Assembly (NCBI GenBank): GCA_950097015.1
Contig: CATNEN010000003.1
Span: 14,508,001-14,572,000 of the forward strand
Length of the DNA stretch: 64,000 bases
Reading direction: 5' to 3'
Source of the DNA: Macrostomum hystrix
Lineage: Eukaryota > Animalia > Platyhelminthes
In this document: positions 38,575-52,908 of the stretch, one piece after another
Numbering within the stretch: the first letter of the stretch is position 1
Layout of the letters: every line of letters starts with the position of its first letter
The notes under the pieces: generated by a model
The model's database searches: none
The model's input: only the letters and a program-made list of their open reading frames with translations
What the model was told of the DNA's origin: nothing
Made by a program: the position numbers and the translations under genes

Positions 38575-40221
38575 TTTCTGATGCTCTGTTTCTCTTTATT
38601 GTCCCTCTGGCTGTTTTAGAAAATAAAAGTAAATCTAAGTTTTGAGGCAAATGGAAAATTTCCATGGCAAATAAATCTTAATTCGTCCATACTATTATGA
38701 TATATTTTCGAATGTCACATAATGCCGCAATGCTTTATTTGGCAAGCTGTCAACTTTGCTATCTACATAAATTCAAGATAATTCTGGCTAAAGTATAAAC
38801 CATTAGCATTATTTGCATTTCCACTGTAATCTGAATACGGAATGTGGCGATTTCTTATTTGTAATTGAAAAGTTTCATCACTGCGAATGGACTGACAGAA
38901 CAGTAATATCTCGATAACAAAAATAAAAAAGCAATCAAGTATCTCATAAAATTTTGTTAGTTGAATTTGCATAAACTACATAAGAATAAAGTTTTAAATG
39001 TCTCTCAATTTATAGGCTACTGATTCCCCAGAATCAAAACTTTAGTCGCAATCCGAATAGAAACAAGAGTAAAGGATAGAAATTCTGGCCAAAGTTCTGA
39101 TAGTTGTATAAAATTATAAATTCGCTAGACAAAAACATTTCTTTTTAGTTTATTGAAGTACATCATTACTGGATTTTTATGCATTTTATTATAAGAGAAT
39201 TATTTTATATGTGGAATCCTTAATCCGTAATCCTTAATCCTTAATTTGCAACTTAAATATTCACATAGTGAATTGTCTAGATAGATCATAGTAGCTTTAT
39301 AGCTCTTTTAATCGATACATCACATTCTAGGCATAAGATATGTTTTAAATACCACACATAATATAAAACTCGGGCGGTCAAAATTGTGTCATCCGATTCA
39401 TGTTAAATAACACGTTGTCAACAAAACTATTTTTATGGGAAATATAACAAAGTAGCTAAATGTAGTAGTCGTAAATTATGAAATGATTTAATTAAATCAT
39501 ATAAAGACTGCTGGTTAAAAAACTTATTAAAAATTTATTTATATTATTTAAATTAGCGTACGCTAGAGAAAATTGTTTGCGAAAGTTTGCGATAGATTTA
39601 TTGCAAAATCAATAATTACTCTATACCTAGTTAACGTAAAAAACATACAGTTTATAGCGAGCGTCGCAGACAATAACTATATTGAACTGTTTGTACTTTG
39701 TTAGCTGTCTCAAGTGACTTGTATTTTTAACTGTTATAACTATTTCGTCTTATAGGTTTCTCCGCATAACCATCGCGGAAAACTGTTCTGAAAGCAATTT
39801 TATCTGTCAAAATTTATTGTTAGAACCTTAACTTAATAGTCGCTAATATAAATAATAAGAGTTGCACATTATCAGGTTTACTGCTTCTGCAAGAGTAGAG
39901 CACACACATTTTCTTGTACAAGGACTAAAGCGAAGTCACATTAGTCTATTTTCAATAACATTAGGTCACCACAATTATTTTTAATAAAGTGAGATGGTTC
40001 TATCAACTGTGGATCAAAGTAGTGATTTGGTGCATTCATTGAGTGGTAAGTGCAAGTACTGTATCACATGACTGATATTTGTTAAGTTTTAATCCTCTAA
40101 CTCCATTTAGCTTATTATCTATGGCCTATATTCAACCTATTGAGTAAAGACCTTGTTGGGTAGAAGTTCCTTCTTTTTCTTTATATTATATATAATATGT
40201 ATTTTTGACATGCATGCACTA

Positions 40222-41683
40222 GGGTAATGTATCATCAACCAAACAAGAATGTGTATTTTTTTAACTTCAAACCTAAGCTACAGATTTTCTATTTAAGATA
40301 TGTACTAGGGCTTTACTTCTTTTTACTTAATTCTACGGAATGCCACCAAAGTTGTTCTTGGGCTATTTTAATAATTCCACTGCTGTTGACTCAACTAATA
40401 GATATTTTTAATGGCGGTCCTTAAATGGGCCGTTTTAACTTCTCAAATGGTACCGTTTATATATATGCACGAGCGGTAACTAGGCAACTGTACCCGTTTC
40501 CAGTCAATTAGGCGTCCCCGAGATTAGAGTTTAGCAGTTTCCCTTCTGTAATATTCTTAGTATAATTTCTGAGTATGAGTCTGATTATATCTCTCACTGC
40601 TATCTCTTCTTAAAATGAATAGGGCCTAACACAATGCAATACCTTCGGAAATTTGCTTTTTAACACACTTAAAAAAACTCTTTTTACAAACACACTAAAA
40701 CTTCTTCAATTTCAACTCTTTACACACTTCAAATTATCTCACTTTAAACTCACTCTTTAAACTCTTGAAAAACACCTTAGAACACTTGCTTTTAACTTCA
40801 ACTTCTTACAAGAAAACTTCGGAGACACTTTAGACTCTTTAACACTTTTGTTTGCCCTTCCTTTTTATTTTTCCTGGTCAAAACTCGCGGCTATTTATAC
40901 AGAGCAAATTGACATTTTGTTAAAACGATAATATTTTACAAAGTATTATTTACAGGATACAGTATTAAAACAAAATTATTTACATAAGCATTACTTTCAA
41001 TACGGTACAAAGATAAACAAAAATTATTTTTTGGCGCATGTTTGATTTTATTTATTTTTACAATTTTTATAATAGAAAGAACGTATTTATAAAGTGGCTA
41101 AGTGTTACAGATATGATGATAAATCAAAAGCCAGCCAAGTTATAGAAAACAGTTACATCTTTCTAAAAAGCTTTTGCTTTTTACTTTTACTTTTGTCAAA
41201 TAGAAAAAAGTTATTCCTGCTTTTTATCTAAAACCGAACAATGATTTTCATGTATCTTCAAACCAAACAGAGAATTTGATGTTTGGTTTTACAATTTGAG
41301 TGAGTGGTTTAATCTTATTTTAAGGAGTGAACTATCATGAATTATGTCATTTGAAAGCATTTTTCATGCTCAATAAATAACTATATTTATGGTCATTTAA
41401 TTGGCAAGCAACCACATAAATCTTCGTCTAAAGTATATACTGAAAAAATGTTGTTAAAAGTATGCTTTTGCGATAAAAATTTCTATTGAAACATCAATAT
41501 CTTTCTTTCCTCTTAATGCTTCATTGCACATCATGCCTCAGCTTGTAGATAATTTCTTCAACTTTCAAATTAGTTGTTCTGTGAAACACAATAGCTTGTT
41601 TCTGGCTTGCACAAGACCAAGGAAGGAGTAAAAATTTTTGTTCAGTTTTGAAGATACACTGTTTGGTTGATGGTACATTACCC
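40222..41683. mobile_element. Non-autonomous Tc1/mariner-type (pogo-like) DNA transposon
   Basis: 24-bp TIRs gggtaatgtatcatcaaccaaaca / tgtttggttgatggtacattaccc (1 mismatch), flanked by TA on both sides; no transposase ORF. Confidence 0.85.
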
Positions 41684-42906
41684 TAACACAATTTAACTTA
41701 TTAAGCAAGACAACTGTGTTAGAAAGATATAAGTAGTATTAGCCATGTATAAAATTGTAGTTATGTGTAGATGTAGACTATTTGTGTTTACTTATCTATC
41801 GCAACATGGCCAAAATATAGACTAGGCCTAGTCATAAGGTAGAGTCAATTTTTTGTTTTTTTATATACTTATGTATTAAAATTTTAGCTATTTTGCCAAT
41901 TCTTTCTTATACTTGAAGCTCATTTTCTAATATATGATATAACTTGGAACCTTGTGCTAACTTATATAAATTATCTCTTAGCCTAGCTGAGAAGAATAGG
42001 CTATGGGGCTTGTCATAAAATTCATGCCTATAAAGGCCAACCCCATGGCACAGTGAGTGTATACAATGATACAGGCTCTAGTGAGAAATTAAAAATAAAG
42101 AATTCTATAATTTTTTTCTTGTGTTACAGATCTTGCTTGTCTGGGTTAAAATACACCTTACTCATCAAAGTTGGTCAAGTAATAAAAAAGTTATAACATT
42201 TTAATCAACATTTTAGTTGCTTTCGTAATTTATTTTTCCCAAAAGGGGCTGTGATACAGATGACCAGATAGATTTGACTTAGAAAAGATAAAAATTTCAA
42301 TAACTTTTTTATTTTTTTAATGGATTTTAAAAAATCCTCAAGCATGAAGGTCATTTTTTGTTATCTACACTTTGTAATAAATATATTTTCTATTAACACT
42401 CCATATTATAAGTATTAAATTTCAATTTTACATTGAATAGGAATACTATGCTGACAAGACGTGTTTATTTGTTTACAATATGACAAAGCCATACCTATTC
42501 CATAGCTTAACAAATAGACATTGCATAGACATCAATTTACTATTTACAGTCAATTGCAAAAGCCATCTGAAATACATAATGGGGGTACATTAGAGAAACA
42601 TGTTTCTGGGAGATTCCACTAAAGGAAAAAAAGGTTTTAGTATATAATATTCTACATAAAATCGTTATACATTGTTATAACTACTAAATAAGCTATAGTA
42701 TTTGTTAAGTTAAAATAATATAGTGTCCTTGATTGTTTAGTTAGAACAGTTCTAAAATTTTGTAAGAACATGTCCAGATCAACATTTTTAAATATTAAAG
42801 ACAGTTTAGAAGTAAAAATATAAATGCAAATGCGTTAAACTTTGACTAAGTTAGTTATTGTTAAATTTAAGTTACAACCCCATCCTAACAAATCCCATTT
42901 TCGTAG

Positions 42907-44021
42907 AATTTTCCCAAGCGCCAACAAGTGAAATTCCTCCTGATCTGGAGCTGTACCTAGTGAACCTGTCTCGCAAAGGTGTCACAAATGCACCCTGGCA
43001 TCTTGTCAAGCCTCTAATTCGAGTCAAACTAGAATCGGCAATTGACAGCTTCCTAATAGACTCCACAGTCTCCATTGACGATTATTACCCGAGGCCAAAT
43101 ATGGAAAATTTTCAATTAGGCACTTATCGTCACGCTGTGATGTCGGCTTTGGATCAATTTTCTAACGCGCCATTCACTATTCAGCGCATCTGTGAACTGG
43201 CCCTATCGCCCGGTAAGCACTATAGGCGCATTGATAAATATCTCCGCGGCTTATTGAAATGTCTCAGCGTTGTTAGCTGCATCGATCCGGCCGGGCAGAA
43301 GATTGTTTTCGATCGCGAAGATGAAGACGACAATGAAGAAGAAATGGCTGCTTCTGCTGCTGCTAGTAGCAATGACGTAGGGTCTGCTTCTATTTCTAAC
43401 TCGGCCGCGGCAAGGCATAACTCAGGAGGACCTAGTGTATCTTTAGTGCAATCGAGCGTATCAAATGTTGACTCAATGTCTGGCGATGAAGACCCGTTGG
43501 ATACTTCGGGCTCGGGTTCGAGTTCTAGTGTGGTTGCGCCTACATCGGCTACATCGGATGCTGACCAACATGATGGTGACAAAGAGCCGGCAGTTGATAA
43601 TGCAGAAGATGTTGCAATTTCCGATGCCACAGTTTCTGAGACAGCTGGTTCGGAGACTGAGCTATCTGCGACTGGCGTCTCCGAAACTGCTGAAAATTCC
43701 GTTGCTGAAACTAACGCGGCCGCACCTGAAAATGTGCAGCTATCCGACGTTGCCGTGTCAGTTTCCGACAATGATTCAAGCGAAGTTTCTGACATTCATA
43801 ACAAAGAATCGAATTCAATGGCGATCGTCGCACCATCGACTGTGCAGGACGCGGAAGTTAACGCTAGTAAGGAACACCCACCGCGCATGGATGCCGAAGC
43901 TGTTGAAAATAATCCAGACGATGTTGTTGAAGACGACGATGTTTTCGATGGAGGAGAAGCTAGAGCTAATAATGCAGAACAACAGGATAAGAAACTGGTT
44001 ACTGATCAGCCGCAAGATTAA
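42907..44021 (+). CDS. PPP4R2: Serine/threonine-protein phosphatase 4 regulatory subunit 2, main exon; start exon not located
   Basis: PWHLVKPL and the signature FSNAPFTIQRICELALSPGKHY..KYLRGL.K.LSVVS, followed by a long acidic tail. Acceptor ttttcgtag| at 42906 (phase 1). Confidence 0.9.
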
Positions 44022-44599
44022 AAGTTCTTTTAATAATTGGACCTTACTTTAGTTGTCCTGGTTTCATTCAATTTGGTTTACATTGAACTGGCTAGAATAT
44101 TAAAATACGAAGCTAGTGTGAATGTATTTTTTAATATCTTTCTTTGTCGCTGTGTATCGTTGATTTATTTTCAACGAAATAAAAAAGCAACATTTGTAAA
44201 TTTATTAGTTTCAATCGGTTTTTCAATCGTACCGGACTACCGGTGTACTTTTAAATCAGTCTATGTTTTAGTGTTTACTTGTTTGTCATTTGATCAAATA
44301 ATAATCTTATGGTTTGTTGCTAATTAATTCTCATTGCTTCTTTGCAACTTACAAAATAAACTCTTTGAATGTTTTTTTCATCCATGGGGTTAATATTCGT
44401 AAAATTGGTTTGCTTTTTTTGCTTTTAATTATTTTAGAACTTTCCTTAGATCCCTTATTTCTTAGTAGTTTACCAGCTAAAAATAAAGTACTTAAAGTAC
44501 TTTTAAACTGTACCTGATAAAATCTCTATGTCAGTGTATTACAGCCTAGTCACTGACAAGATCCCCAATTAAAAATTTCACAGCCTTGACGCTGATAGG

Positions 44600-44765
44600 A
44601 TCCCAAATTCGAAATCCCACAGTCCAGTCCCTAAAAGATCCTCGAGTCGAAGTCCCACGGTCCAGTTCCTGAAAAAATCCCCAAGTCGAAGTCCCACGGT
44701 TCAGTTCCTGAAAAAATCCCCAAGTCGAAATCCTCACAGTCCAGTTCCTAATAAGATCCCCAATT
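44600..44765. repeat. Degenerate ~39-bp tandem repeat, about 4 copies
   Basis: cagttcctgaaaaaatccccaagtcgaagtcccacggt repeated. Confidence 0.8.
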
Positions 44766-44771
44766 CTGATA

Positions 44772-47181
44772 ATGTCCTCTTTAAAAGTACATTCTTTAAA
44801 AGTGTCTAAAGTAAGCCTGAAGTGTAGTGTTTCATGCAGTATTCAGGTTTGCTAAAAAACTCAAATTCCCTTACTGTTTCCAGGCAATTCAACTCGCTTC
44901 CACCAGCGGCGAAGTTGCCGGGCTAAGTCGGGCTCGCAGAAATGTACTTTTAGCCAGCCTAGCCCTTGTGAACTTCTTCGCCTCGACAGCCTTCTCAGTG
45001 TTGGGCCCATTCTTTCCCAGGGAGGCCAGTCTGAAAGGTTTATCAGTAACCATGACTGGTATTATTGTTGGCGAATTTCAATTAATCATCTGTTTAACTA
45101 GTCCATTAGTTGGCGCATTTGCTAGCAGTATTGGCGGTCGATTTGTGTACAGTTGGGGCCTAGTCATCTGTAGCGTCTGTTCTGTACTATTCGGCGCGTT
45201 AGAATACTGTCCGCCTGGTAATATATTCGCCGCAATGTGCTTGCTAACAAGAGGCGTATCAGCTATTGGCACCAGCATGTTTGTCGTGTCGTCATTCTCC
45301 ATAGCAACTAGGCTATTTCCGAATCGTTTGTCGACAGTATTTGGCCTATTAGAAACTGCCGGCGGTTTAGGCTTCATGGTTGGGCCAGTGATTGGTGGCG
45401 CTCTGTTCCAATTGGGCGGCTTTAAATTGCCGTTTGTTAGCCTTGGCGGTTTCCTACTGCTAGTAGTATTATTGTCCATGTGTGTTATGCCGTCTATGGG
45501 CGAAGATGACTCACAGACTGACTCTGCTAGACCGCCGTCGGCTTGGCAGTTGGTTAGCCAGCCGTTCTGCTTAGCCACACTATTTGGCATGTGCGTTGCC
45601 AGCTCATTTCTTGGCTTTGTCGATGTCAGTTTTCAACCCTTTCTAACTGAAAAATTTCACTTCTCAGCTGTTATTGTTGGCCTAATGCTATTCTTGCCGG
45701 CGTTAATCTATTCGGTATCTGCTGCCCTGTGGGGTCATCTAGTTGATTCTAAGGGCGCCGGTCTGCCGATTATGATTGCTGGTTTGACAGCTTTCGCTAT
45801 CAGCTTGCTGTTTATTTATCCGGCGCCATTTCTGCCATACGACACTAATCTGCCGTCGCTTATTGTAGCTTTGATTGTTGTTGGCTTAGCTTGCTCGGCT
45901 GTCATTGTGCCAGTGTTTAATCTGATTGCTACTCAATCTTACAAATGCGGTTTTGATCGCACTTTGGCTACCTACTCTGTGGTTTCTGGGCTGGTTAATA
46001 CCGCTTTTGCTTTTGGCGCCTTTGTTGGCCCAACACTTGGCGGTGTCGCTCTAGACAAGTGAGTGATGTTTTTCCTCCATCCTTACTTACTTCCATTCTT
46101 TCTTCCTTCCTTCCTTCCTTCCATCCTTCCTTCCTTCCATTCTTCCTTCCTTCCTTCCTTCCTTCCTCCCTTCCTTCCTTCCTTCCTTCCTTCCATTCTT
46201 CCTTCCTTCCTTCCTTCCTTCCTTCCTTCCTTCCTTCCTTCCTTCCTTCCTTCCTTCCTTCCTTCCTTCCTTCCTTCCTCCCTTCCTTCCTTCCTTCCTT
46301 CCTTCCATTCTTCCTTCCTTCCTTCCTTCCTTCCTTCCTTCCTTCCTTCCTTCCTTCCATTCTTCCTTCCTTCCTTCCTTCCTTCCTTCCTTCCTTCCTT
46401 CCATTCTTCCTTCCTTCCATTCTTCCTTCCTTCCTTCCTTCCATTCTTCCTTCCTTCCTTCCTCCCTTCCTTCCTTCCTTCCTTCCTTCCTTCCATTCTT
46501 CCTTCCTTCCTTCCTTCCTTCCTTCCTTCCTTCCATTCTTCCTTCCTTCCTTCCTTCCATTCTTCCTTCCTTCCTTCCTTCCTCCCTTCCTTCCTTCCTT
46601 CCTTCCTTCCTTCCATTCTTCCTTCCTTCCTTCCTTCCATTCTTCCTTCCTTCCTTCCTTCCTACCTGTACCTACCTGCTTACCTACCTGTACTTACCAA
46701 CTTACCTACCAACTTACCTACCTACTTACCTACTAGCATACCTACTTAACTACTAACCTAACTACCTACCTACTTACTACATACCTACCTACTTACCTAC
46801 TTACCTACCTACCTACCTACCTACCTACCTACCTACCTACCTACATACGTACCTACCTACTACCACCAAGCACAATGGCATTCCATTCGCAGATTTGGTC
46901 TAGCCTGGGTTCTGACTGGCTACAGTGTCTTATTCGCATGCGCTGCCATTGTCTGCCTAATTGGTCCGGTGCGCCTGAATCGCGGCTTCATGCGTCGCCA
47001 AACTCGAGGAATGTCACTACTAGTTAACCGTGATAACGAAGATTCGCCTGGATTAATTGGAGTTAGCGCCGATAGCCTAGCCGATGAAGATGCGTCTAAC
47101 GATGAGATTGATAGTGCTTCTGCTATTAATTATAATTATAATACTCGAAATGAAAAAAATTATGGCTCAATTAGTCATTAA
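44772..47181 (+). CDS. SLC18B1: SLC18B1-like MFS transporter, copy 1; exons 44772-44810 (tentative), 44884-46058, 46893-47181
   Basis: About 12 hydrophobic segments; motifs FSVLGPFFPREA, FPNRLSTVFGLLETAGGLGFMVGPVIGG.LFQLGGFKLPF and GAFVGPTLGG. Splice GACAA|gtgagt..cgcag|A is in phase. Confidence 0.88.
46085..46862. repeat. (CCTT)n followed by (CCTA)n microsatellite, filling the last intron of transporter copy 1
   Basis: Direct reading of the sequence. Confidence 0.98.
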
Positions 47182-48054
47182 CAAATTCTAGATTTATTTT
47201 AGTCTTCAATTGTGCTAATATTATTGATAATTTATGAGAAACAATTCGTTCTCTATATGTATTTGTATTTTTGTTGATTTTTTTCGTTAAAGTTATTTTA
47301 TAATCCCACTCACATTGCTAGGTTTTGTTATCTACGAGTGAAAGTTATGCCGGAAGTTGTATTTCTGAGAAAAACTATTTTGTCTATGGCAGAAACCCTA
47401 ATGTCGTGATAAGCAATTTTGGTCTACATTTCTACAATCGTTATCTGTTCTGATCTTTCTTTCAATTCAAACAATTAAGAAAAAACTTTTTGATGATTAT
47501 TTTTTCAGATTCTCTGAATGCACTTTAATGTGACCTTGCGACTTGAAAACTATTGAAAGCATTTTTGTAATAAAATTGATTCGACAATAGCACGTCTGCG
47601 CGTGTTATTGTGAATTGGAAATGACGACCAACAAATGCTAGATTCTATTTTCTATCAATCTGTGACACCGATTTTTTTCATTCAAATCATGCCAATATGA
47701 CGTCGTTAGTATGTGTCGATCAGAAGGAACACTGAAATGTTTACTTTCGCGATCTATTTATTAGTTGCATTTCTTTCATCAACCAGAAGATTTTTGTGAA
47801 TCTTTCTTATTTTACTGTTTGTAAGAGAGTAACACGTATTTTTTCTAGAGCTATTGAATTCGAGCCATAATATTATTGAAAAATATTATTCAAGTCTAAA
47901 TCTTTCGTTAATTATATGTTTAAGCCCTTCCATCAGTTGTCTTTTGACTAGTCGTTTTGATGTCGCCTGTTTAAACAATTTAGGCCCTTACTTTCTCGTC
48001 ATTAGATTTTTTATTTCTTTTTTTGTTTAGGGTTTTTTCAGTGCTCATAGTCTC

Positions 48055-48908
48055 ACATCCCTCGAAGAAGATAACAGGCCCGCATCCTCAAAGAAGATAA
48101 CAGGCCCGCATCCTCAAAGAAGATAACAGGCCCGCATCCTCAAAGAAGATAACAGGCCCGCATCCTCAAAGAAGATAACAGTCCCGCATCCTCAAAGAAG
48201 ATAACAGGCCCGCATCCTCAAAGAAGATAACAGTCCCACATCCTCAAAGAAGATAACAGGCCCGCATCCTCAAAGAAGATAACAGGCCCGCATCCTCAAA
48301 GAAGATAACAGTCCCGCATCCTCAAAGAAGATAACAGGCCCGCATCCTCAAAGAAGATAACAGGCCCGCATCCTCAAAGAAGATAACAGTCCCGCATCCT
48401 CAAAGAAGATAACAGGCCCGCATCCTCAAAGAAGATAACAGGCCCGCATCCTCAAAGAAGATAACAGGCCCGCATCCTCAAAGAAGATAACAGTCCCTCA
48501 TCCTCAAAGAAGATAACAGTCCCACATCCTCAAAGATCATAACAGTCCCACATCCTCGAAGAAGATAACAGGCCCGCATCCTCAAAGAAGATAACAGTCC
48601 CGCATCCTCAAAGAAGATAACAGTCCCGCATCCTCAAAGAAGATAACAGGCCCGCATCCTCAAAGAAGATAACAGTCCCGCATCCTCAAAGAAGATAACA
48701 GGCCCGCATCCTCAAAGAAGATAACAGGCCCGCATCCTCAAAGAAGATAACAGGCCCGCATCCTCAAAGAAGATAACAGGCCCGCATCCTCAAGAAAGAT
48801 AACAGTCCCGCATCCTTAAAGTAAATAATAGTCCCGCATCCTCAAAGAAAATAACAGTCCCGCATCCTCAAAGAATATAATAGTTCCACATCCTCAAAGA
48901 AGATAACA
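48055..48908. repeat. 26-bp minisatellite (CCTCAAAGAAGATAACAG[G/T]CCCGCAT)
   Basis: About 32 units ending about 120 bp upstream of transporter copy 2. Confidence 0.97.
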
Positions 48909-49030
48909 TAAGAAGAAAAATGTGTTCTTAAACCCCTAGTGTCATCACAGTACACTTCAAGTATGTTTTACCTATTACATTAAACTTATTTTTGTAAACA
49001 CATTGACGTATTTCAGGATCACTACCGCCA

Positions 49031-51302
49031 ATGTCAGACGAAGCGTCTCCACTGATTGCAGGATCAGGCAGTAACCATGGCAATACTGGGGATGACACTG
49101 GAGCGCCTGGGATGTCTCGCAATTCATATTTGTTACTAGCAACGTTATCCGTATCGAATCTATTTGCCGCATTGTCGTTCTCAGTTTTGAGTCCATTCTT
49201 TCCTGGCGCAGCGGAAGCGAAAGGCTTATCATTGACTTTAACTGGCATGATCATTGGCGAATTTGAATTGGTCATCTTTCTCGCTAGTCCATTCGTTGTT
49301 CACATTGCCGCTTCAGTTGGTAATAAGTTCACATATATTTGCGGCTTATTCATCTGCGGTACTTGCTCCGTACTGTTCGGCTTGTTGGAATACTGTCCAA
49401 ATGGTACCATATTTGCTGTGATGTGCTTTCTAACACGCGGCGTTGGCGCGTTCGGAGCTGCCATCTTTTTAGTATCGTCATTTGCTATCCTGGCGCGAGC
49501 CTTTCCAGACAAGGTATCGACTGTTACTGGCATAGTTGAGACTGCCCTAGGCCTTGGCTACATGGTTGGGCCTGCTATTGGCGGCGCATTCTACGATCTT
49601 GGCGGCTTTAAGCTACCATTTTTCACTGTCGGCTTTCTCGTATTAGTAACAGCAATCGCGGCTTACTTTTTTACGCCAGCCCTACAAATCGATGCTGATG
49701 AAAACGATAGGCCAGCTTCGTTTCTAAAGTTCTTTTCAATTCCGATTGTACTGGCTATATTGTTGAGCTATGCGGCTACTGGGGCTATGTATGGTACTCT
49801 CGACGTCACAATGGAGCCATATCTAACAGGCGCTTTTTATTATTCATCGACAATTATTGGTTTGATATTCCTAACGCCAAGTCTGATTTATACACTGTCG
49901 GCTGTTGGCTGGGGTCGCCTCACAGACACCATGGGCTGGGGTGTTGGTGTACTAATCTTCGGCTTAATTTCTTGCTGCATTGGTATATTTTTCATCGATC
50001 CGGTTAGCTTCGTGCTGCCAATTCAGCCGACACTGTACACACTGCTGCCAGCCCTAGTGACCATTGGTTTGGGCTCGTCTGCTGTTATGATACCAGTCTA
50101 TGGTTTGTGTCTTGACGCGGCGTTCGCTAATGGCATGGAAGAAAATATTGCTACTATTAATTTAGTGTCCGGTGTGACAAACTCAGCGTATTCGTTGGGC
50201 GTGTTTATCGGGCCTAGTATTGGCGGTCGGCTGTATGATACTATTGGCTTCGATAATCTGCTATTTGGCTATGCTGGACTATTCGCTTTATGTGCCATCT
50301 TGCTTGGAATTGCCAATATTCATAACAGGTACGATGCCAACCTACTCCATGAGTCTTCCGCGCATTTTATCTAAAAAAATTAATTAAAAACTTATCTACT
50401 GCGTCTTAGTCCTCGAAATTATTTTGTGATGAGCCTTACGTCACACGAGCTCGTATATAGATTTAAAGAAGATGGAAATTACACGTGGCCCGCTTGGATG
50501 AAGTATTCTACCCCAACTGATATAATATGATAATTTGCAGGAGGGCTGCGGGCAATGGCACATCATTTGGTGACACGACCTGCAGTCAGCGAGTATGCAA
50601 TTCTATCTATTCCGCTGACTCCGGAGCACACACGCACACAAATACCGGAAGCAGACATACACTCACACACGAGTGTACATCTGCCCTGACTTTCTCATCG
50701 TCAGGCAGTGTACACTCACACTGTGCCTTGGAGGTTGGCCCTCCAGGGATAAAATTGCACGAAGCCCCCAAGCCGTCTCTCCGCGCCAGCGCACCAAATA
50801 AATGTGGCTTCGACGCGGAATCGAGCTCAGGAGGCAAACATGTTGGCCGCTCTGCTGCTCACTGTCACCACCCCACTACCCCAGCTAATGCTGGTACAAA
50901 TTTTACAGCTGGATGTACTAATGTAGGCAAATACTTGTTAAGTCATCATACTATGCAACTGAGTTGAAAAATATCACAAAAGAGCTCATTGAAACAGTGC
51001 AAGTGTAAAGAGCAGAAGTGCATTGTTGATATAAAACTAAATCAAACAACAAAACTACCCAAATATCCGTCAGATATCATCAACCAGTTCAGCCGGCCAC
51101 AGCGTCGGCTTCGGTGCCTGCTCTGCCGGACGCTGAATCGACTAATGGTGTAGCGAACAATCTGTCGTCTTCTATTGAGCATCTGGTGCCTCGGAGTCGA
51201 CGGTCGAGTGTATCATCATTAGCCTCGCACTATAGTTATCAGTACACTGTGCAATTGTCTGGCTCGCCTAGGACTCAGCATTGCACTGCTTCTAGCGCTT
51301 GA
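49031..51302 (+). CDS. SLC18B1: SLC18B1-like MFS transporter, copy 2; exons 49031-50328 and 51074-51302 (unspliced form stops at 50374)
   Basis: Same family motifs; N-terminal dileucine-type motif EASPLI. AACAG|gtacga joins gtcag|A in phase 2 to the 51114-51302 ORF. Confidence 0.87.
50525..50925 (-). mobile_element. SINE-like repeat, family 3 (core plus tail, head missing)
   Basis: Minus-strand core ccagctgtaaaatttgtaccagcattagctgggg; homologous to 56928-57705. Confidence 0.75.
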
Positions 51303-52130
51303 GTCTAGGTTGATTTTCTTAGATTTCATGCAGGTTTTATTGTTGCGGTATCTAGCCTATAAAACAATTCGAATGAGTTGAACACTTACTAAAAGCCTAA
51401 GTCTTTTGAAACGATTAGTTTCGTTTTAAAAGCAAGGACGACTAGAAGAAGAGAGATTGGACACTTTGTTTCTTGGAAAATTTACTAAAGATCAGATGAT
51501 GTGTTCATGATAAACAAATGAAAATGAAGCGAATACCATTTTTTCATGAATGAAGCTTTCGAAAATTTTGAGTGGTCCTTGCTCAAATGAGGTCCGGCTT
51601 ATCATCGTAAAGCTAAATAGAGTATCCGTAGATTATCTAGCAATGTGCCACTTGTAACTTCAGGAACATGTTTGCTCTTGTGTATCATGTAACTGTTTCT
51701 TAATCAAATACAGATTCTCGATTTTTTCGACTAAACGCCAGTCTTTCAGCCTTTTAAAAACCAGACTTGATTAATGTTACAATTAATTGTTTTTAATTTT
51801 TTTTTATTTGTTGTTAGCATAAATTTTTTGAAGCAATATTCGATGCTTCAACCTATTTTTTAAATTCGTGTTTTAATAATCTTTGTAATTTTATCGCGTT
51901 TTACAATTTGCCTTTGAATGTGATTTTTCATATTTTTACGCGCTTTTGTAGTCGTAGTATATTTGTTTGCCATGATTGCACTTAGCAATGTTTATCCAAC
52001 AGGGTACACAACACCAGGCTATCTAGAGGCAGGGAAGAGTCATATCGAGCAAGCCTCTGTGATTTCCCTACGTGGTTTTGGCCATAGACATTATGTATAA
52101 ACATTAAATTATGTTTTATGTACATAAAAA

Positions 52131-52356
52131 GAGGTTGTAGCCTAGTAGTTAGGGCGTCGGACTTACGACTTGAAGGTCGGTGGTTCGATTCCCGACTCGA
52201 CTCCACTGAAACAAATTGTGTCCTTTAGCAAGACACTTAACTCTGCATTGCTTCAGTTCACCCAACTGTTAAATGGGTACCAGCATTAGCTTGGATAATT
52301 CGTGGGTGTGGCGTCCCTCAAGTCCATGGACTGAACAGCTGTACGCAGCCTTCACA
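52131..52356 (+). mobile_element. tRNA-derived SINE, family 1
   Basis: A box tagcctagtag, B box ggttcgattcc, core cacccaactgttaaatgggtacc. Confidence 0.88.
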
Positions 52357-52908
52357 TTTGACTTCAAACTAATAGCATATACTGTAGTACCGGGTGGCGA
52401 ACAAGTAACTGAACAAAGTAAAACTGTTAATTAGATCTTCAAACTTATTCTACATACCTCCTAATTCTGTTGCACTTATACTATGCTGACCCTAAAGATT
52501 TAATATTTACTTGATTTTTCTCTGTACCAATAATATAAAGTTGTCGGATTTGTCTCTGTTGTACTACGATAATAAAAGAATTGTCGACAGAATTTCTTAC
52601 GTGTGCTTAATTTTTTTAAGTCGTCTACTTTTATCAACTACAAGTATGATAAACTCCTTTGTTAAACTTTTTTGTATGCCTTTTGTGGCAATACCAATTG
52701 TGATCTTTCGGTGTTTTGTGCGCAATCAAAAGGAAACATGATCAAATAAAAGGTTAACTATTTAAAGATATTTTTGCTGTATTTCTATTGTGCAATCATT
52801 CTTTATCATTTCGTTTCTTCCATGGGAGTTAGAACATGCGCCATGCGCTCTAGTTTACTTCGAACGTAAAACGTTTAGGAAATAAAAAAATTTCTGCTTC
52901 ATTTCAGA

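Noticed and set aside
42769-42811. Candidate first exon of PPP4R2 (ATG TCC AGA..TTA GAA|gt)
   Set aside because: Its donor is phase 0 but the acceptor at 42906 requires phase 1
43220-43795. Antisense ORFs over PPP4R2, the transporters, the cyclophilin and the retroelements
   Set aside because: Shadow frames of real coding sequence
50680-50715. Hammerhead-like CUGACGA-UGA-GAAA-GUC on the minus strand (also about 57090)
   Set aside because: No stem II or III can form; it folds better as a simple hairpin in the repeat tail
52131-52205. tRNA-Val-like gene (also at 37826 and 28560-28625)
   Set aside because: No proper acceptor stem, and each continues into a shared SINE core and tail
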